The notes beneath the pieces are model-generated. The model did not search any database. It was not told the origin of the DNA and saw only the letters and a list, made by a program, of their open reading frames with translations. Positions 1-9,672 of a stretch of DNA of 42,253 nt are shown here, piece after piece (position 1 is the stretch's first letter; every line of letters starts with the position of its first letter). A program made the translations under genes and the position numbers. Source of the stretch: Rhizobiaceae bacterium (GTDB lineage Bacteria > Pseudomonadota > Alphaproteobacteria > Rhizobiales > Rhizobiaceae); the NCBI GenBank assembly GCA_041743855.1, contig JBGTLX010000071.1, forward strand, positions 1 through 42,253, in the 5' to 3' direction.

Positions 1-34
1 GCCCGCGAAGGTCCGCGCTCAAGCTCTGTGTCAT
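1..34 (-). CDS. 5' end of an unidentified CDS running off the left edge (MTQSLSADLRG...)
   Basis: ATG at 34..32 on the minus strand, preceded by GAGGAGG (plus-strand 40..46) with a 5-nt spacer. Only 11 codons lie in the window, so the product is unknown. Confidence 0.3.
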   Translation of the reverse strand, partial: MTQSLSADLRG

Positions 35-322
35 CCTCACCTCCTCGCAAATCACGAAGTGCAGTGAATCAGACACCTGCTACCGCGGGAATCCCAAATC
101 CGACTCACCGTTCAGGGAAAATGCTCTAGAACGTAGCCTGCCTGGAGGAGCCGGCGGCTCCGACCGAACCACCGCGCTTCCACTTCGCCGGCTTGGCGAT
201 CAGAACGGGACCGTGAGAGCATGAGGATGGCAGTGGGGAGCATCGACAGCAACATCGGTTCGCGCCGGAGCGCGTCCGGATGGCATTGTCGTGCACCAAT
301 GGGCAGCGGGAGGCGCTCTGGA

Positions 323-1336
323 TCAGGTCGAGATCATCTTCTTCTCGATCCCGACGCCGGTCGCCACTGCGCGCGCATATTCGAGCGGAACGGTCGCCGA
401 GTCCTGGAGCGCGATCCCCGTCGAATCGAAGATCGTGATCTCGTCGTCCGAGGTGCGGCCCTTCTTTCTGCCGGTGACGACCTCGCCGATCTCGCCGGCG
501 ATATTGGCTTCGGTGATCAGCCCTTGCGAGAGCGGTACGTTGATCTCGCCGTCGGTGCGACACTGGCGTATGTCGTCGACGAAGATGCGCGCGCGCTGGA
601 GCAGCCGTCCTTCCAGCTCCTGGTCGCCCTTCTTGTCGGCGCCGACCGCCGCGATGTGCGTGCCCGGCGAGATCCAGCCGGCCATGACGATCGGCCCGCG
701 GGCCGGCGTCAACGTGACCACCACATCGGCACCCCGCACGGTCTGTTCCAGATTGGTCGAGGTCTTGATCTCGAAATTTTCGTATCTCGGCTGCTGCTCC
801 TTCGAAAAATGGTCGAGCGTTTCCTGGCTGCGACTCCAGACCCGGACCTCCGACCACGGGAAGACCGCGTTGCATGTCGCCAGCGCGCCTTCGGCCATGT
901 GGCCGGCGCCGACGATGGCGAGTTTGCGCGAGTCCTCGCGCGCCATCCATTTGGCCGAGACGGCGGCGGCAGCACCCGTGCGCATCACCGTGTGGTAGCT
1001 GCCGTCGACGATGGCCAGCGGAAAGCCGGTTTCGGGATGCGTATAGATGAGGATCGAGAAGACGGTGGGGAGATTGTATTTCTCGCGGTTCTGCTCGCGG
1101 ATCGAGACCCACTTGCAGGCGGCCGCATGCGGCTCCTCGATATACGACGGCATCGCCTCCCATTCGCCCGCGAAGCGGTCGAGCACGATGTGCCCCTTCG
1201 GGTCCATGTAGTAGCGGCCCTCGCCATGCATGCGGTAGGCCTGCTCGACGCAGTCGTTGTATTCATGCGGCTGGAGCAGTCCGATCATCTCGTTGCGGCC
1301 GAGGATGAGCGTCTTCCGGTTGGCCCAATTTTCCAT
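323..1336 (-). CDS. ornithine cyclodeaminase / mu-crystallin family protein
   Basis: 337-aa ORF with family-typical blocks YHTVMRTGAAAAVSAKWMA, Rossmann LAIVGAGHMAEG, ISPGTHIAAVGADKKGDQELE and TIFDSTGIALQD. A GGAAGGGAAGG SD lies upstream of the ATG at 1336. Confidence 0.85.
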   Translation of the reverse strand: MENWANRKTLILGRNEMIGLLQPHEYNDCVEQAYRMHGEGRYYMDPKGHIVLDRFAGEWEAMPSYIEEPHAAACKWVSIREQNREKYNLPTVFSILIYTHPETGFPLAIVDGSYHTVMRTGAAAAVSAKWMAREDSRKLAIVGAGHMAEGALATCNAVFPWSEVRVWSRSQETLDHFSKEQQPRYENFEIKTSTNLEQTVRGADVVVTLTPARGPIVMAGWISPGTHIAAVGADKKGDQELEGRLLQRARIFVDDIRQCRTDGEINVPLSQGLITEANIAGEIGEVVTGRKKGRTSDDEITIFDSTGIALQDSATVPLEYARAVATGVGIEKKMIST

Positions 1337-1390
1337 TTTTCCTTCCCTTCCTTCCGTTCGCTGACATTGTCGGGCCGGGCCGCATCTGGG

Positions 1391-2296
1391 TCAGACCGGC
1401 CAATAGGTTTTGCCCACTTTTTCACTGGTCTCGATGAAGCGCCGCATCGCACCGCTGATGCTGGCGCGCCGCCAGGCAAGATGTGTCTCCACGATGACCG
1501 GCGGTTCGGTGATGATCGGCCGCGCGGCGATGGCATTCTCGCCGCAGAAGCGCGGCATCCCGCAAAACACGGTGATTCCGGCGCCGGCTGTGACGAGGCC
1601 CAGGATACCCGTGAGGCTCGACGCCTCCTGTCCGACCGTCATCACCTGTCCGGCATTTTGGAAGGCGTCCACCACGATGCGCCGCAGCGTCGGCCATTCG
1701 GCATTGGTGCCCATCACCAGCTGTTCCCGTGCCAGTTCCTCGATCTTCAACGAGGTCTTGGCCGCCAGCGGATGCTTTGGAGGAAGAAGCGCCACCAGCA
1801 GGTGACGGGCTACCGGCCGGGACTCGATTTCCGAACTCTGGAACGACCCTTCGATGAAGCCGAGGTCGATCTCGTCCTGGAGGATCCGGTCGCGCTGCGC
1901 GGGGTTGGTCATATAGGTCAGTTCGAGGCGGACTTCCGGGTTGGCGAGGCGGAATTCGCGCGCGATGTCGGGCACCAGCGAGTGGCCGGTGATCGTCGTG
2001 TAGCCGATCCGCAGAATGGCCTTGGTGCCCGCGGCGATCAGCCGGACCGTGTTTTCCGCGATGTCGATGCGGCCGAGTATCTCCTGCGCCTCTTCGAGCA
2101 GGTAGCGGCCGCACTCGGTCAGTCTCACCTTGCGCGTCGTGCGCTCCAGAAGCTTGACACCGAGCCGGCCCTCCAGTTCCAGCACGATGCGGCTGACCGC
2201 GGGCTGCGCCATGGTCAGGCGTTCGGCCGCGCGGTGGAAGTTGAGTTCTTCCGCGACCGCGACGAAGGTGGCAAGGTGCTTCAGGTCATAGCGCAA
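1391..2296 (-). CDS. LysR-family transcriptional regulator
   Basis: 301-aa ORF with N-terminal wHTH LKHLATFVAVAEELNFHRAAERLTMAQPAVSRIVLELEGRLGVKLLERTTRKVRLTECG and a LysR substrate-binding C-terminal half. It has an apparent TTG start and is divergent from hyuA. Confidence 0.88.
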   Translation of the reverse strand: MRYDLKHLATFVAVAEELNFHRAAERLTMAQPAVSRIVLELEGRLGVKLLERTTRKVRLTECGRYLLEEAQEILGRIDIAENTVRLIAAGTKAILRIGYTTITGHSLVPDIAREFRLANPEVRLELTYMTNPAQRDRILQDEIDLGFIEGSFQSSEIESRPVARHLLVALLPPKHPLAAKTSLKIEELAREQLVMGTNAEWPTLRRIVVDAFQNAGQVMTVGQEASSLTGILGLVTAGAGITVFCGMPRFCGENAIAARPIITEPPVIVETHLAWRRASISGAMRRFIETSEKVGKTYWPV

Positions 2297-2319
2297 ATTG
2301 ATAGCGATTTCATATCAAT
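2297..2319. promoter_or_regulatory. candidate LysR-type operator (ATTGATA-N9-TATCAAT, contains T-N11-A)
   Basis: Perfect 7-bp inverted repeat arms separated by 9 bp. It lies in the AT-rich LysR/hyuA divergent region and directly abuts the LysR start codon. Confidence 0.35.
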
Positions 2320-2494
2320 CAATAGGGAAATAATTATTTCACATCGCGAAGATGGCTGTCTAGTACTTATTGTAATTGAAAAAAGCACCCGTTAGTGGTG
2401 CTGGGGTGAATAGATTAATGGGTTTTTCTGCGTTTCCTATGCGCGGATGCTGCGCGGCCGAGCCCGGCGGAATACCGGTACGGGGAGGCTGCGG

Positions 2495-4585
2495 ATGATC
2501 CGTGTCGGCGTCGATGTCGGGGGCACGTTCACGGACATCGTGCTGGAGCGATCCAACCATGGTGGCGAGCAGCAGATCGTCGTCACCAAGGTGTCGAGCA
2601 CGCCGCGCGATCAGTCCGAAGCGGTCGTGCAGGGGATACTTAAGGTCTGCGGTCTGGCCGGCGTCGAGCCGGGTGCGATCGAGGCGGTGTTCCACGGCAC
2701 CACGGTCGCCACCAACATGGTGATCGAGCGCGCCGGGGCCCGGGTCGGCATGATCACGACGCGCGGCTTCCGCGATATCCTCCACATGGCGCGCCACAAG
2801 CGCCCACACAATTTCTCGCTGCAGTTCGACCTGCCGTGGCAGTCGAAGCCGTTAGTCAGGCGGCGCGACCGGCTGCCCGTCACCGAGCGCATCATGCCGC
2901 CGACCGGCGAGATCGCGGTGCCGCTGGCCGAGGACGAGGTGAAACAGGCTGCGGAACTCTTCGCCAAGCGCGGCATGGACGCCATCATCGTGGCGTTCCT
3001 GTTCTCCTTCCTCAACAACGAGCACGAGCAACGCGCCAAGGAGATGGTCAGGTCGATCCTGCCTGATGCCTTCGTTTCTTGCTCCTCCGACGTCGTCAAC
3101 ACGATCCGTGAATACGAGCGCTTCTCCAGCGCCGCGATGAACGCCTATATCGGCCCCAAGACCTCCGCCTATCTGCGCAGCCTCGAAGCGCGTCTTCGCG
3201 CCAACGGCATCAAGGCGATGGTCCGCATCATGCAGTCGAACGGCGGCATCTCGACCATCGAGAATTCGAGCGAGCTGCCGATCGGCCTCCTCCTCTCAGG
3301 GCCTGCGGGCGGGGTGATCGGCGGCCGCTGGACGGGCGAGAATTGCGGCAAGGCCAATATCATCACCATCGACGTCGGCGGCACTTCGGCCGACATCAGC
3401 GTGATCGAGAACGGCGAGTTGCGCATCAAGAACCCGCGCGATACGGAGGTCGCCAGCCTGCCGGTCCTCGTTCCGATGATTGACATCGATGCGATCGGCG
3501 CCGGCGGCGGCTCAATCGCCTATATCGACTCGGGTGGCGCCTTTCGGGTGGGTCCGCGTTCGGCCGGCGCCGTGCCGGGGCCGGCATGCTACGGAAAGGG
3601 CGGCGACGAAGCGACGGTCACCGATGCCCAGGTCGTTCTCGGCCGCATGGATCCGGAACATTTCCTCGGCGGCGACCTGACCATCGACGCGTCTCTGTCC
3701 GAGAAGGCGATCCGCAAGCATATCGCCGAGCCTCTGAAGCTTTCGCTCGACGAGGCAGCGCTCGGCATCTTGAAGATCATCAACAACAACATGGCGCTGG
3801 CGATCAACGCCAATTCGGTTGCCAAGGGCGTCGATCCGCGCAACTTCACGCTGATGGGATTTGGGGGCGCGGGACCGCTCCATTCTGTATCGCTCGCCGA
3901 AGCGATCTTCGCCAAGGATGTCATCTCGCCGGTGCATCCGGGCATCACGGCGGCAACCGGGCTGCTCGTGACCGACCTGCAGTACGAATGCACGCATTCG
4001 ACGCTGATGGTGCTGAACGACGCAAGCGACGCGGACTTCGGCCGCGTCAACGCAGTGCTCGACGATCTGATCGCGCGCGCCAACCGCCAGCTCGACGCCG
4101 ACGGCATACCGGCCGGGCAACGGCTGTTCCGCAGCGTCGCCGAATGCCGCTATGTCGGGCAGGGGTTCGAACTGCGCGCCGATGTTCCCCAGGGGCGGTT
4201 TGGCAAGAAGAGCGCCGAAGCGGTCATCGAGAACTTCTACAACGCCCACAAGCAGGTCTATGGCCACGCTTTCCGCGACCAGTCCTGCGAGGTCGTTACG
4301 CTGCGCGTGGTCGCCACCGTGGCGGTTGATACGCTGACGTTGCCGAAGCTTGGCCATGGCGGGCGCCGCAATCCCGCCGATGCCGAACTCTACCGGCGCC
4401 GGACCGTGTTCGACAATGGCGAGGCGCTGGAAACCCCGCGCTACCAGCGCGCGAACCTTCTCGCCGACGATACGATCTCGGGCCCGGCTCTGGTCATCCA
4501 GCACAATTCCACGACCATCGTTCCGCCTGGCTACGTCGCGACCGTCATGGACTACGGCGACATGCGCATCGAGCGGAAGGGGTGA
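2495..4585 (+). CDS. hyuA: hydantoinase A / 5-oxoprolinase A family (N-methylhydantoinase A-like, ATP-dependent)
   Basis: The ORF frame is open from 2447. The ATG at 2495 follows a GGGGAGG SD and gives MIRVGVDVGGTFTD, the typical N-terminus of this family. A second ATPase block is ITIDVGGTSADIS. Length is about 696 aa. Confidence 0.88.
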   Translation: MIRVGVDVGGTFTDIVLERSNHGGEQQIVVTKVSSTPRDQSEAVVQGILKVCGLAGVEPGAIEAVFHGTTVATNMVIERAGARVGMITTRGFRDILHMARHKRPHNFSLQFDLPWQSKPLVRRRDRLPVTERIMPPTGEIAVPLAEDEVKQAAELFAKRGMDAIIVAFLFSFLNNEHEQRAKEMVRSILPDAFVSCSSDVVNTIREYERFSSAAMNAYIGPKTSAYLRSLEARLRANGIKAMVRIMQSNGGISTIENSSELPIGLLLSGPAGGVIGGRWTGENCGKANIITIDVGGTSADISVIENGELRIKNPRDTEVASLPVLVPMIDIDAIGAGGGSIAYIDSGGAFRVGPRSAGAVPGPACYGKGGDEATVTDAQVVLGRMDPEHFLGGDLTIDASLSEKAIRKHIAEPLKLSLDEAALGILKIINNNMALAINANSVAKGVDPRNFTLMGFGGAGPLHSVSLAEAIFAKDVISPVHPGITAATGLLVTDLQYECTHSTLMVLNDASDADFGRVNAVLDDLIARANRQLDADGIPAGQRLFRSVAECRYVGQGFELRADVPQGRFGKKSAEAVIENFYNAHKQVYGHAFRDQSCEVVTLRVVATVAVDTLTLPKLGHGGRRNPADAELYRRRTVFDNGEALETPRYQRANLLADDTISGPALVIQHNSTTIVPPGYVATVMDYGDMRIERKG

Positions 4586-6363
4586 GCGGCATGGTCAGCC
4601 CAGTCGATCCGATCAGCCTGCAGGTCATTGGAGGAGCGCTGCACTCAATCGCCGAGCAGATGGGCAACGTGCTCTATCGCATGAGCTATTCGTCGATCAT
4701 CCGCGAAAGCCAGGATCTGGGCGCGGGCCTGTTCGACCGCGACTACAATACGCTCTGCGAATCCGACTCGACGCCGATGCATATCGGCTCGCTGCCGGGC
4801 TATCTGCGCGGCATCGAAAAGACCGTTCCGCTGGATGCCTGGAAGCCGGGCGACTGCGTGATCCACAACCACCCATATTACGGCGCCAGCCATTCCCCGG
4901 ACATCGGCATCGTCATGCCGGTCTTTTTCGAGGGCGAACTGGTCGGCTTCTCGGCCAACACCGCGCACCATGTCGACATCGGCGCGGCGACGCCGGGGCT
5001 GGTCATCGACATTCCGGATGTCTTCGCCGAAGGCATGCTGCTCAACGGCCTGAAGCTCTACAATGAGGGCGTGCGCAACGAGCCGCTGTGGAAGTTCATT
5101 CGCGACAACACGCGCGTGCCAAGCCTCGTCATGGGCGACCTCGAAGCCCAGATCGCCTCGGCCGAGCTTGGCGTGCAACGCTTCATCCAGTTGATGCAGA
5201 CTTATGGCAAGGACACGGTCCTACAGGCGACGAAGCAGTTGATGGACTACACCGAGGCGATGCTGCGCCGAGAGATCGCGAAGATTCCCGATGGCGATTA
5301 TGTCGCCGAAGGGTTCCTCGACGATGACGGCCGCACGCGCGGCGTTACGCTGCCGCTGAAAGTGACCGTGCGCGTTAGGGGCGACGGGGTCGAGGTCGAC
5401 ACCACCGGCTCGTCGGCGCAGGTGCCGACGGCTTTCAACGTTCCCTTCGACGGATCGACCAAGGTCGCGTGCTACTTCGCTTTCCGCGCGCTGCTGCTCG
5501 ATACCTATACGCATCAGGAATACATCCCGCAGAACGAAGGCTCGTTCCGTCCGGTGAAGGTGACGTCGCCGCTGGGCTCGATCTTCAACCCGATTTCGCC
5601 GGCCGCCGCAGAAGCCCGCTTCAGCCAGATCCAGCGGCTGTGCGACCTCATCATCAAGGCTTTGGCGCCGGTGCTTCCCGACAAATGCACCGCCGGCAAT
5701 GCCGCCGTGCTGTCATTCGCCGCCTATTCCGGCGTGCGTCCGAACGGCGACTACTGGGTGTTCCTCGAAGTCAACGAGGCATCGATGGGCGGACGCCCGC
5801 AATCGGACGGCCCCGACACCGTCGAGGAACTGATGCGCAACACCCGCAACAATCCGCTCGAGGATCTCGGCATGCACCTGCCGCTGATCTGCGACCGCTA
5901 CGAGGTCCGCGATGATGTGCCGCCCGGTGCGGGAAAGTTCCGCGGCGGCGCGGGCGTGGTCAAATCCCAGCGCTATCTGACGCCGGGTTTCATGACGCAT
6001 GAATCGGACCGCAACGAGGACGCGCCCTGGGGCATTTTTGGCGGCAAGCCCGGCCATGTTAGCAAGGTCGAGCTCAGGAACACGGTTACCGGCGCCGTCA
6101 GCTACCAGCCGGCGAAGTTCTCGGGCCTGCGCACCGTCATAGGCGACACGATCACTTATTATTCTCCGGTTGGCGGCGGCTACGGTGACCCGCTGGAGCG
6201 CGATCCGGAAAAGGTGCTGGACGACGTTCTGGACGGCTTCATTACGGTCGATCACGCGCGGGACGATTATGGCGTGGTCCTGGCCGAGGTCGACGACGGA
6301 TACGGATGGGCGCTGAACGGAGAAGCGACACTGGCGTTGCGCGCGGACATGGCGCGCGGCTAA
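4582..6363 (+). CDS. hyuB: hydantoinase B / 5-oxoprolinase B family (N-methylhydantoinase B-like)
   Basis: 593-aa ORF with blocks DPISLQVIGGALHSIAEQMGNVLYRMSYSSIIRESQDLGAGLFD, HNHPYYGASHSPD and GGGYGDPLERDPEKVLDDVLDGFITVDHARDDYGVV. The GTG start overlaps the hyuA stop (GTGA); an alternative ATG is at 4591. Confidence 0.88.
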   Translation: MSGMVSPVDPISLQVIGGALHSIAEQMGNVLYRMSYSSIIRESQDLGAGLFDRDYNTLCESDSTPMHIGSLPGYLRGIEKTVPLDAWKPGDCVIHNHPYYGASHSPDIGIVMPVFFEGELVGFSANTAHHVDIGAATPGLVIDIPDVFAEGMLLNGLKLYNEGVRNEPLWKFIRDNTRVPSLVMGDLEAQIASAELGVQRFIQLMQTYGKDTVLQATKQLMDYTEAMLRREIAKIPDGDYVAEGFLDDDGRTRGVTLPLKVTVRVRGDGVEVDTTGSSAQVPTAFNVPFDGSTKVACYFAFRALLLDTYTHQEYIPQNEGSFRPVKVTSPLGSIFNPISPAAAEARFSQIQRLCDLIIKALAPVLPDKCTAGNAAVLSFAAYSGVRPNGDYWVFLEVNEASMGGRPQSDGPDTVEELMRNTRNNPLEDLGMHLPLICDRYEVRDDVPPGAGKFRGGAGVVKSQRYLTPGFMTHESDRNEDAPWGIFGGKPGHVSKVELRNTVTGAVSYQPAKFSGLRTVIGDTITYYSPVGGGYGDPLERDPEKVLDDVLDGFITVDHARDDYGVVLAEVDDGYGWALNGEATLALRADMARG

Positions 6364-6583
6364 AGGACGAATTGGGATTCGGCGGCATGGTGGTTGCGGA
6401 ATTTCATTTGCCGGCATTGCCTCCACGGAGGATAGTGACCGAAAACGGAAGAGAGACGTGCGTCACTTTCGACGGTGCCGGCCTATCGGCTTCGCTAACA
6501 AGAGCGCGGAAAACGCGGCATGCGAAGAAGCGAAGACGGCGCATTCAGGCAGCGTACCAACGCAAACGCAATGGGAGAATGAC

Positions 6584-7873
6584 ATGACGAAAACAGGCGG
6601 ATTTTTAGGCAGCAGGGCGATCTCGCGGCGCTCGATCCTCAAGGGCGGCGCGGCCATCGCGGGCTCCACGGCCATCACCGGCTTCCCGATGGTTTGGGCG
6701 CAGGCCCTCAAGGACGTTACCCTGATGCATACCGGGATGTCGTATTCGACGCTTCCCGATATCGCCAAGCAAGCCAGCCAGGACCTCGGCTTCAAGGTCG
6801 AGATGTCCGTGGTCGACCATCCCGGTCTCCTGAACCGGCTGGTTCAGGACCCGAACTCGCTCGACATCGCCGATCTCGAGATCTGGCAGAGCAAGGTCGC
6901 CGTTCCGCAGGGCGCTCTGCAGGCCGTCGAGATCGCCAAGATCAAGAACTGGGGCGAGTTGACCCCGCTCTACACGGAAGGCACGTTCGCCGGCAAGGAA
7001 GCCTCCCGACAGGGAGATTCGCCGTTCGAGTTCATCTACCGTGATGCCAAGGACGCCAACGGTTTCGCCAAGGGCAAGACCGACTTCGCGAACTTCTGCC
7101 CCGGCGTCTACAACGCCGACACGTTGGGTATCCGCCCCGATCTCGTCGGGCGCGACATTACGACCTGGGCCGATCTGATCTCGCCCGACTTCAAGGGCAA
7201 GACGGCGATCCAGAACATCCCGACCAACGGCATCATGGACGCTATGATGGCCTTCGAGTCAGCCGGCATGTTGAAGTACGGCGACAAGGGTAACCCGACG
7301 CAGGAAGAACTGACCGCCACGATCGCCAAGCTGATCGAGCTCAAGAAGGGCGGACATTTCCGCGCGCTCTGGAACACTTTCGACGAAAGCGTGAACCTCA
7401 TGGCGTCGGGCGAGGTGGTCATTCAGTCGATGTGGTCGCCGGCGGTGACCGCGGTCCAGAGCCAGGGCATCAAGTGCACCTATCAGCCGCTCAAGGAAGG
7501 CTATCGCGGCTGGGGCAACGGGCTCGGGCTGCTGGCGCATCTCGAAGGACTGAAGCTCGACGCGGCTTACGAGTACCTCAACTGGTACAATTCCGGATGG
7601 GTCGGCGGCTTCATCGCCAAGCAGGGCTACTACAGCGCCAACCCGAAAACGGCCATGGCGGCGCTGACCGAGAACGAGCGCGGCTTCTTTTACGAGGGCA
7701 AGGCGGCGACCGCCGACATCACCAGCCCGACCGGCGAGAAGACCAACTCGACAGGCGACAAGCGCGACGGCGGTTCCTACGAGGAACGCTTCGCCCAGGT
7801 CGCGGTCTGGAACAACCTCATGGACGAGGCCGAATTCCTCTACGCCAAGTGGAACGAATTCAACGCCGCATGA
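6584..7873 (+). CDS. ABC transporter periplasmic substrate-binding protein (PotD/PotF-like) with Tat-type signal
   Basis: MTKTGGFLGSRAISRRSILKGGAAIAGSTAITGFPMVWAQA is a twin-arginine-like signal peptide. A GGGAGA SD precedes the ATG at 6584. The upstream extension of the ORF (from 6458) was rejected. Confidence 0.82.
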   Translation: MTKTGGFLGSRAISRRSILKGGAAIAGSTAITGFPMVWAQALKDVTLMHTGMSYSTLPDIAKQASQDLGFKVEMSVVDHPGLLNRLVQDPNSLDIADLEIWQSKVAVPQGALQAVEIAKIKNWGELTPLYTEGTFAGKEASRQGDSPFEFIYRDAKDANGFAKGKTDFANFCPGVYNADTLGIRPDLVGRDITTWADLISPDFKGKTAIQNIPTNGIMDAMMAFESAGMLKYGDKGNPTQEELTATIAKLIELKKGGHFRALWNTFDESVNLMASGEVVIQSMWSPAVTAVQSQGIKCTYQPLKEGYRGWGNGLGLLAHLEGLKLDAAYEYLNWYNSGWVGGFIAKQGYYSANPKTAMAALTENERGFFYEGKAATADITSPTGEKTNSTGDKRDGGSYEERFAQVAVWNNLMDEAEFLYAKWNEFNAA

Positions 7874-7884
7874 GAATATGCATT

Positions 7885-7912
7885 CGGGGCGGCGGCTTTG
7901 CCCGCCGCCCCG
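7885..7912 (+). other. GC-rich intercistronic hairpin after the binding-protein gene
   Basis: CGGGGCGGCGG (7885-7895) pairs perfectly with CCGCCGCCCCG (7902-7912) around a 6-nt loop. No U-tract follows, so it is more likely an mRNA-stabilising or attenuating element than a full terminator. Confidence 0.45.
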
Positions 7913-7957
7913 ATCCAGCCTTGCTCCGGCAAGTCAAGATTGCTTTCAGGATAGACG

Positions 7958-8836
7958 ATGACTGCTGCGCCCACCGCCCAAAAATCACTTCTCCCGACCT
8001 ACCTTCAGGTAGCGCCGCTGACGATCGTGCTCGCGTTCTTTTTCGTCGTGCCTGTCGCGCTGGTCCTGGTGGTGAGCTTTTTCCGCTACCAGATGCTGGT
8101 CGGCATCGTGCCCGACTTCACCTTCAAGAATTATGTCGACCTGTTGAGCAATCCGACAACATGGACGCTTTATCAATCGACGCTGAAATTCACGCTGATC
8201 GTGCTCGCGATCACCTTCGTGCTTGGGTTCTGGATCGCCTATTTTCTCGTCTTCCACGTCCGCAGTCTGCTGATTGCGATCGGGCTCTTCCTGGTCTGCA
8301 CGGTGCCGTTCTGGACGTCGAACATCATCCGCATGATCTCCTGGCGCCCGGTGCTGGGCACGGAGGGGCTGATCAACAGTGCGCTGCTTAAGATGGGGGT
8401 CATCGACCAGCCGCTGCAATGGCTACTCTATTCGGACTTCTCGGTGGTGGTCGCTTATGTCCACCTGTTCACGCTGTTCATGATCGTGCCGATCTTCAAT
8501 TCGATGGCGCGGATTGACAAGTCGCTGCTGGAAGCCGCTGTCGACGCCGGCTCCTCGCGCTGGGACGTCATCTGGAACGTCGTGCTGCCGCTGTCGAAGA
8601 CCGGCATCGCGCTCGGCGCGCTGTTCGTGGTTACACTGGTCATGGGCGACTTCTTCATCGTCACGGTGATGAGCGGCGGCCTGTCGGGCTCGGCCACATC
8701 GGGCATCTTCAACGACCTGCAATTCCTGAACTATCCGCGCGCTGCGGCAAGCGCGGTGATCCTGTTGATCGTCGTGCTCCTGATCGCCGCCTCGATCTTC
8801 CGGCTGGTCGACGTACGCAAGGAGTTGGTGAGGTAA
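7958..8836 (+). CDS. ABC transporter permease
   Basis: 292-aa hydrophobic ORF with multiple predicted TM segments and the EAA-type loop MARIDKSLLEAAVDAGSSRWDV. Confidence 0.85.
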   Translation: MTAAPTAQKSLLPTYLQVAPLTIVLAFFFVVPVALVLVVSFFRYQMLVGIVPDFTFKNYVDLLSNPTTWTLYQSTLKFTLIVLAITFVLGFWIAYFLVFHVRSLLIAIGLFLVCTVPFWTSNIIRMISWRPVLGTEGLINSALLKMGVIDQPLQWLLYSDFSVVVAYVHLFTLFMIVPIFNSMARIDKSLLEAAVDAGSSRWDVIWNVVLPLSKTGIALGALFVVTLVMGDFFIVTVMSGGLSGSATSGIFNDLQFLNYPRAAASAVILLIVVLLIAASIFRLVDVRKELVR

Positions 8837-8838
8837 CC

Positions 8839-9672
8839 ATGTCAGGCGTAGTCTCATACGCACCGCGGCCCTGGACCTTCTACGTCCTGGCGACTCTGTT
8901 CGCGCTGTTTGTCGTCTTCCTCTACGGGCCGATGCTCGCGGTGTTGATCCTTTCGTTCCAGGGGCCATCCGCGTCGCTGGTCTTTCCGCTGCGGGATCCT
9001 TCGCTGATGTGGTTCGACGAACTGTTCAACCCGCGCAGGACAGGCGATGTGGTAGGGGCCTTCAATCGCTCGCTGCCATTGGCGGTGTTGGTGATGGTTC
9101 TGACCGTGCTGATTTCGGTTACGGCCGGCTTTGCGTTCCGGCGGCGCTTCAAGGGTGCGACGGCGATCTTCTATACGGCGATCGCCAGCCTGATCGTTCC
9201 TGGCCTCGTGCTCTCGATCGGAGCGCTCGTCACCTTCCGCTATCTCGGCCTGTCGGCCTCCTGGTACACGTCGGGCCTCGGCGTGCATCTGTCCTGGGCG
9301 TTGCCGTTCGGGCTGCTGATCATGTTTGCGGTGCTCGGTCGGCTTAGCCCGTCCTACGAGGAGGCGGCCTACGACCTTGGCGCCAGCAAATGGCAGACGG
9401 TCAAGGAAGTCGTCGTGCCCATCGTCTTCCCCGGCATGATCGCTGTCGCGCTTTTCGGCTTCACGCTCTCCTATGACGAGTTCCCGAGAAGCTGGCTCAC
9501 CGTCGGCTCCAAGAACACGCTGCCGCTCGAAATCTGGACCATGACGACCAACGTCACCTCGCCGGCGCTCTACGCGCTCGGCACGGTCACCACGGTCGTC
9601 TCCTTCCTGGTCATCGCGATAGCGCTCTCCTCGATCATTCTCATCCAACGCAAACGGTCCCGCGGAAAATGA
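8839..9672 (+). CDS. ABC transporter permease
   Basis: 277-aa hydrophobic ORF with EAA-type loop LSPSYEEAAYDLGASKWQT. It starts 3 nt after the preceding stop. Confidence 0.85.
   Translation: MSGVVSYAPRPWTFYVLATLFALFVVFLYGPMLAVLILSFQGPSASLVFPLRDPSLMWFDELFNPRRTGDVVGAFNRSLPLAVLVMVLTVLISVTAGFAFRRRFKGATAIFYTAIASLIVPGLVLSIGALVTFRYLGLSASWYTSGLGVHLSWALPFGLLIMFAVLGRLSPSYEEAAYDLGASKWQTVKEVVVPIVFPGMIAVALFGFTLSYDEFPRSWLTVGSKNTLPLEIWTMTTNVTSPALYALGTVTTVVSFLVIAIALSSIILIQRKRSRGK

Noticed and set aside
126-322. Cys-rich small reading frame (…RCCCRCSPLPSSCSHGPVLIAKPAKWKRGG…) in the 288-bp gap downstream of the cyclodeaminase gene
   Set aside because: It has no ATG and no convincing SD. It is just the tail of a long antisense shadow ORF (126..1163). 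Third-position GC is lower than in real genes here, and I recognise no family. It could hide a small gene, but the evidence is insufficient.
221-2395. 724-aa plus-strand ORF spanning the ornithine cyclodeaminase and LysR genes
   Set aside because: It is antisense to two ORFs with clear family motifs. Its composition is Arg/Gly/Asp-rich and low-complexity, typical of shadow ORFs in high-GC DNA, and it has no recognisable domain.
3512-4504. 330-aa minus-strand ORF inside hyuA (and similar ORFs 3586..4329, 4350..5066, 5713..6426)
   Set aside because: These are antisense or out-of-frame to strongly supported hyuA/hyuB coding sequence, with low-complexity Arg/Ala-rich translations.
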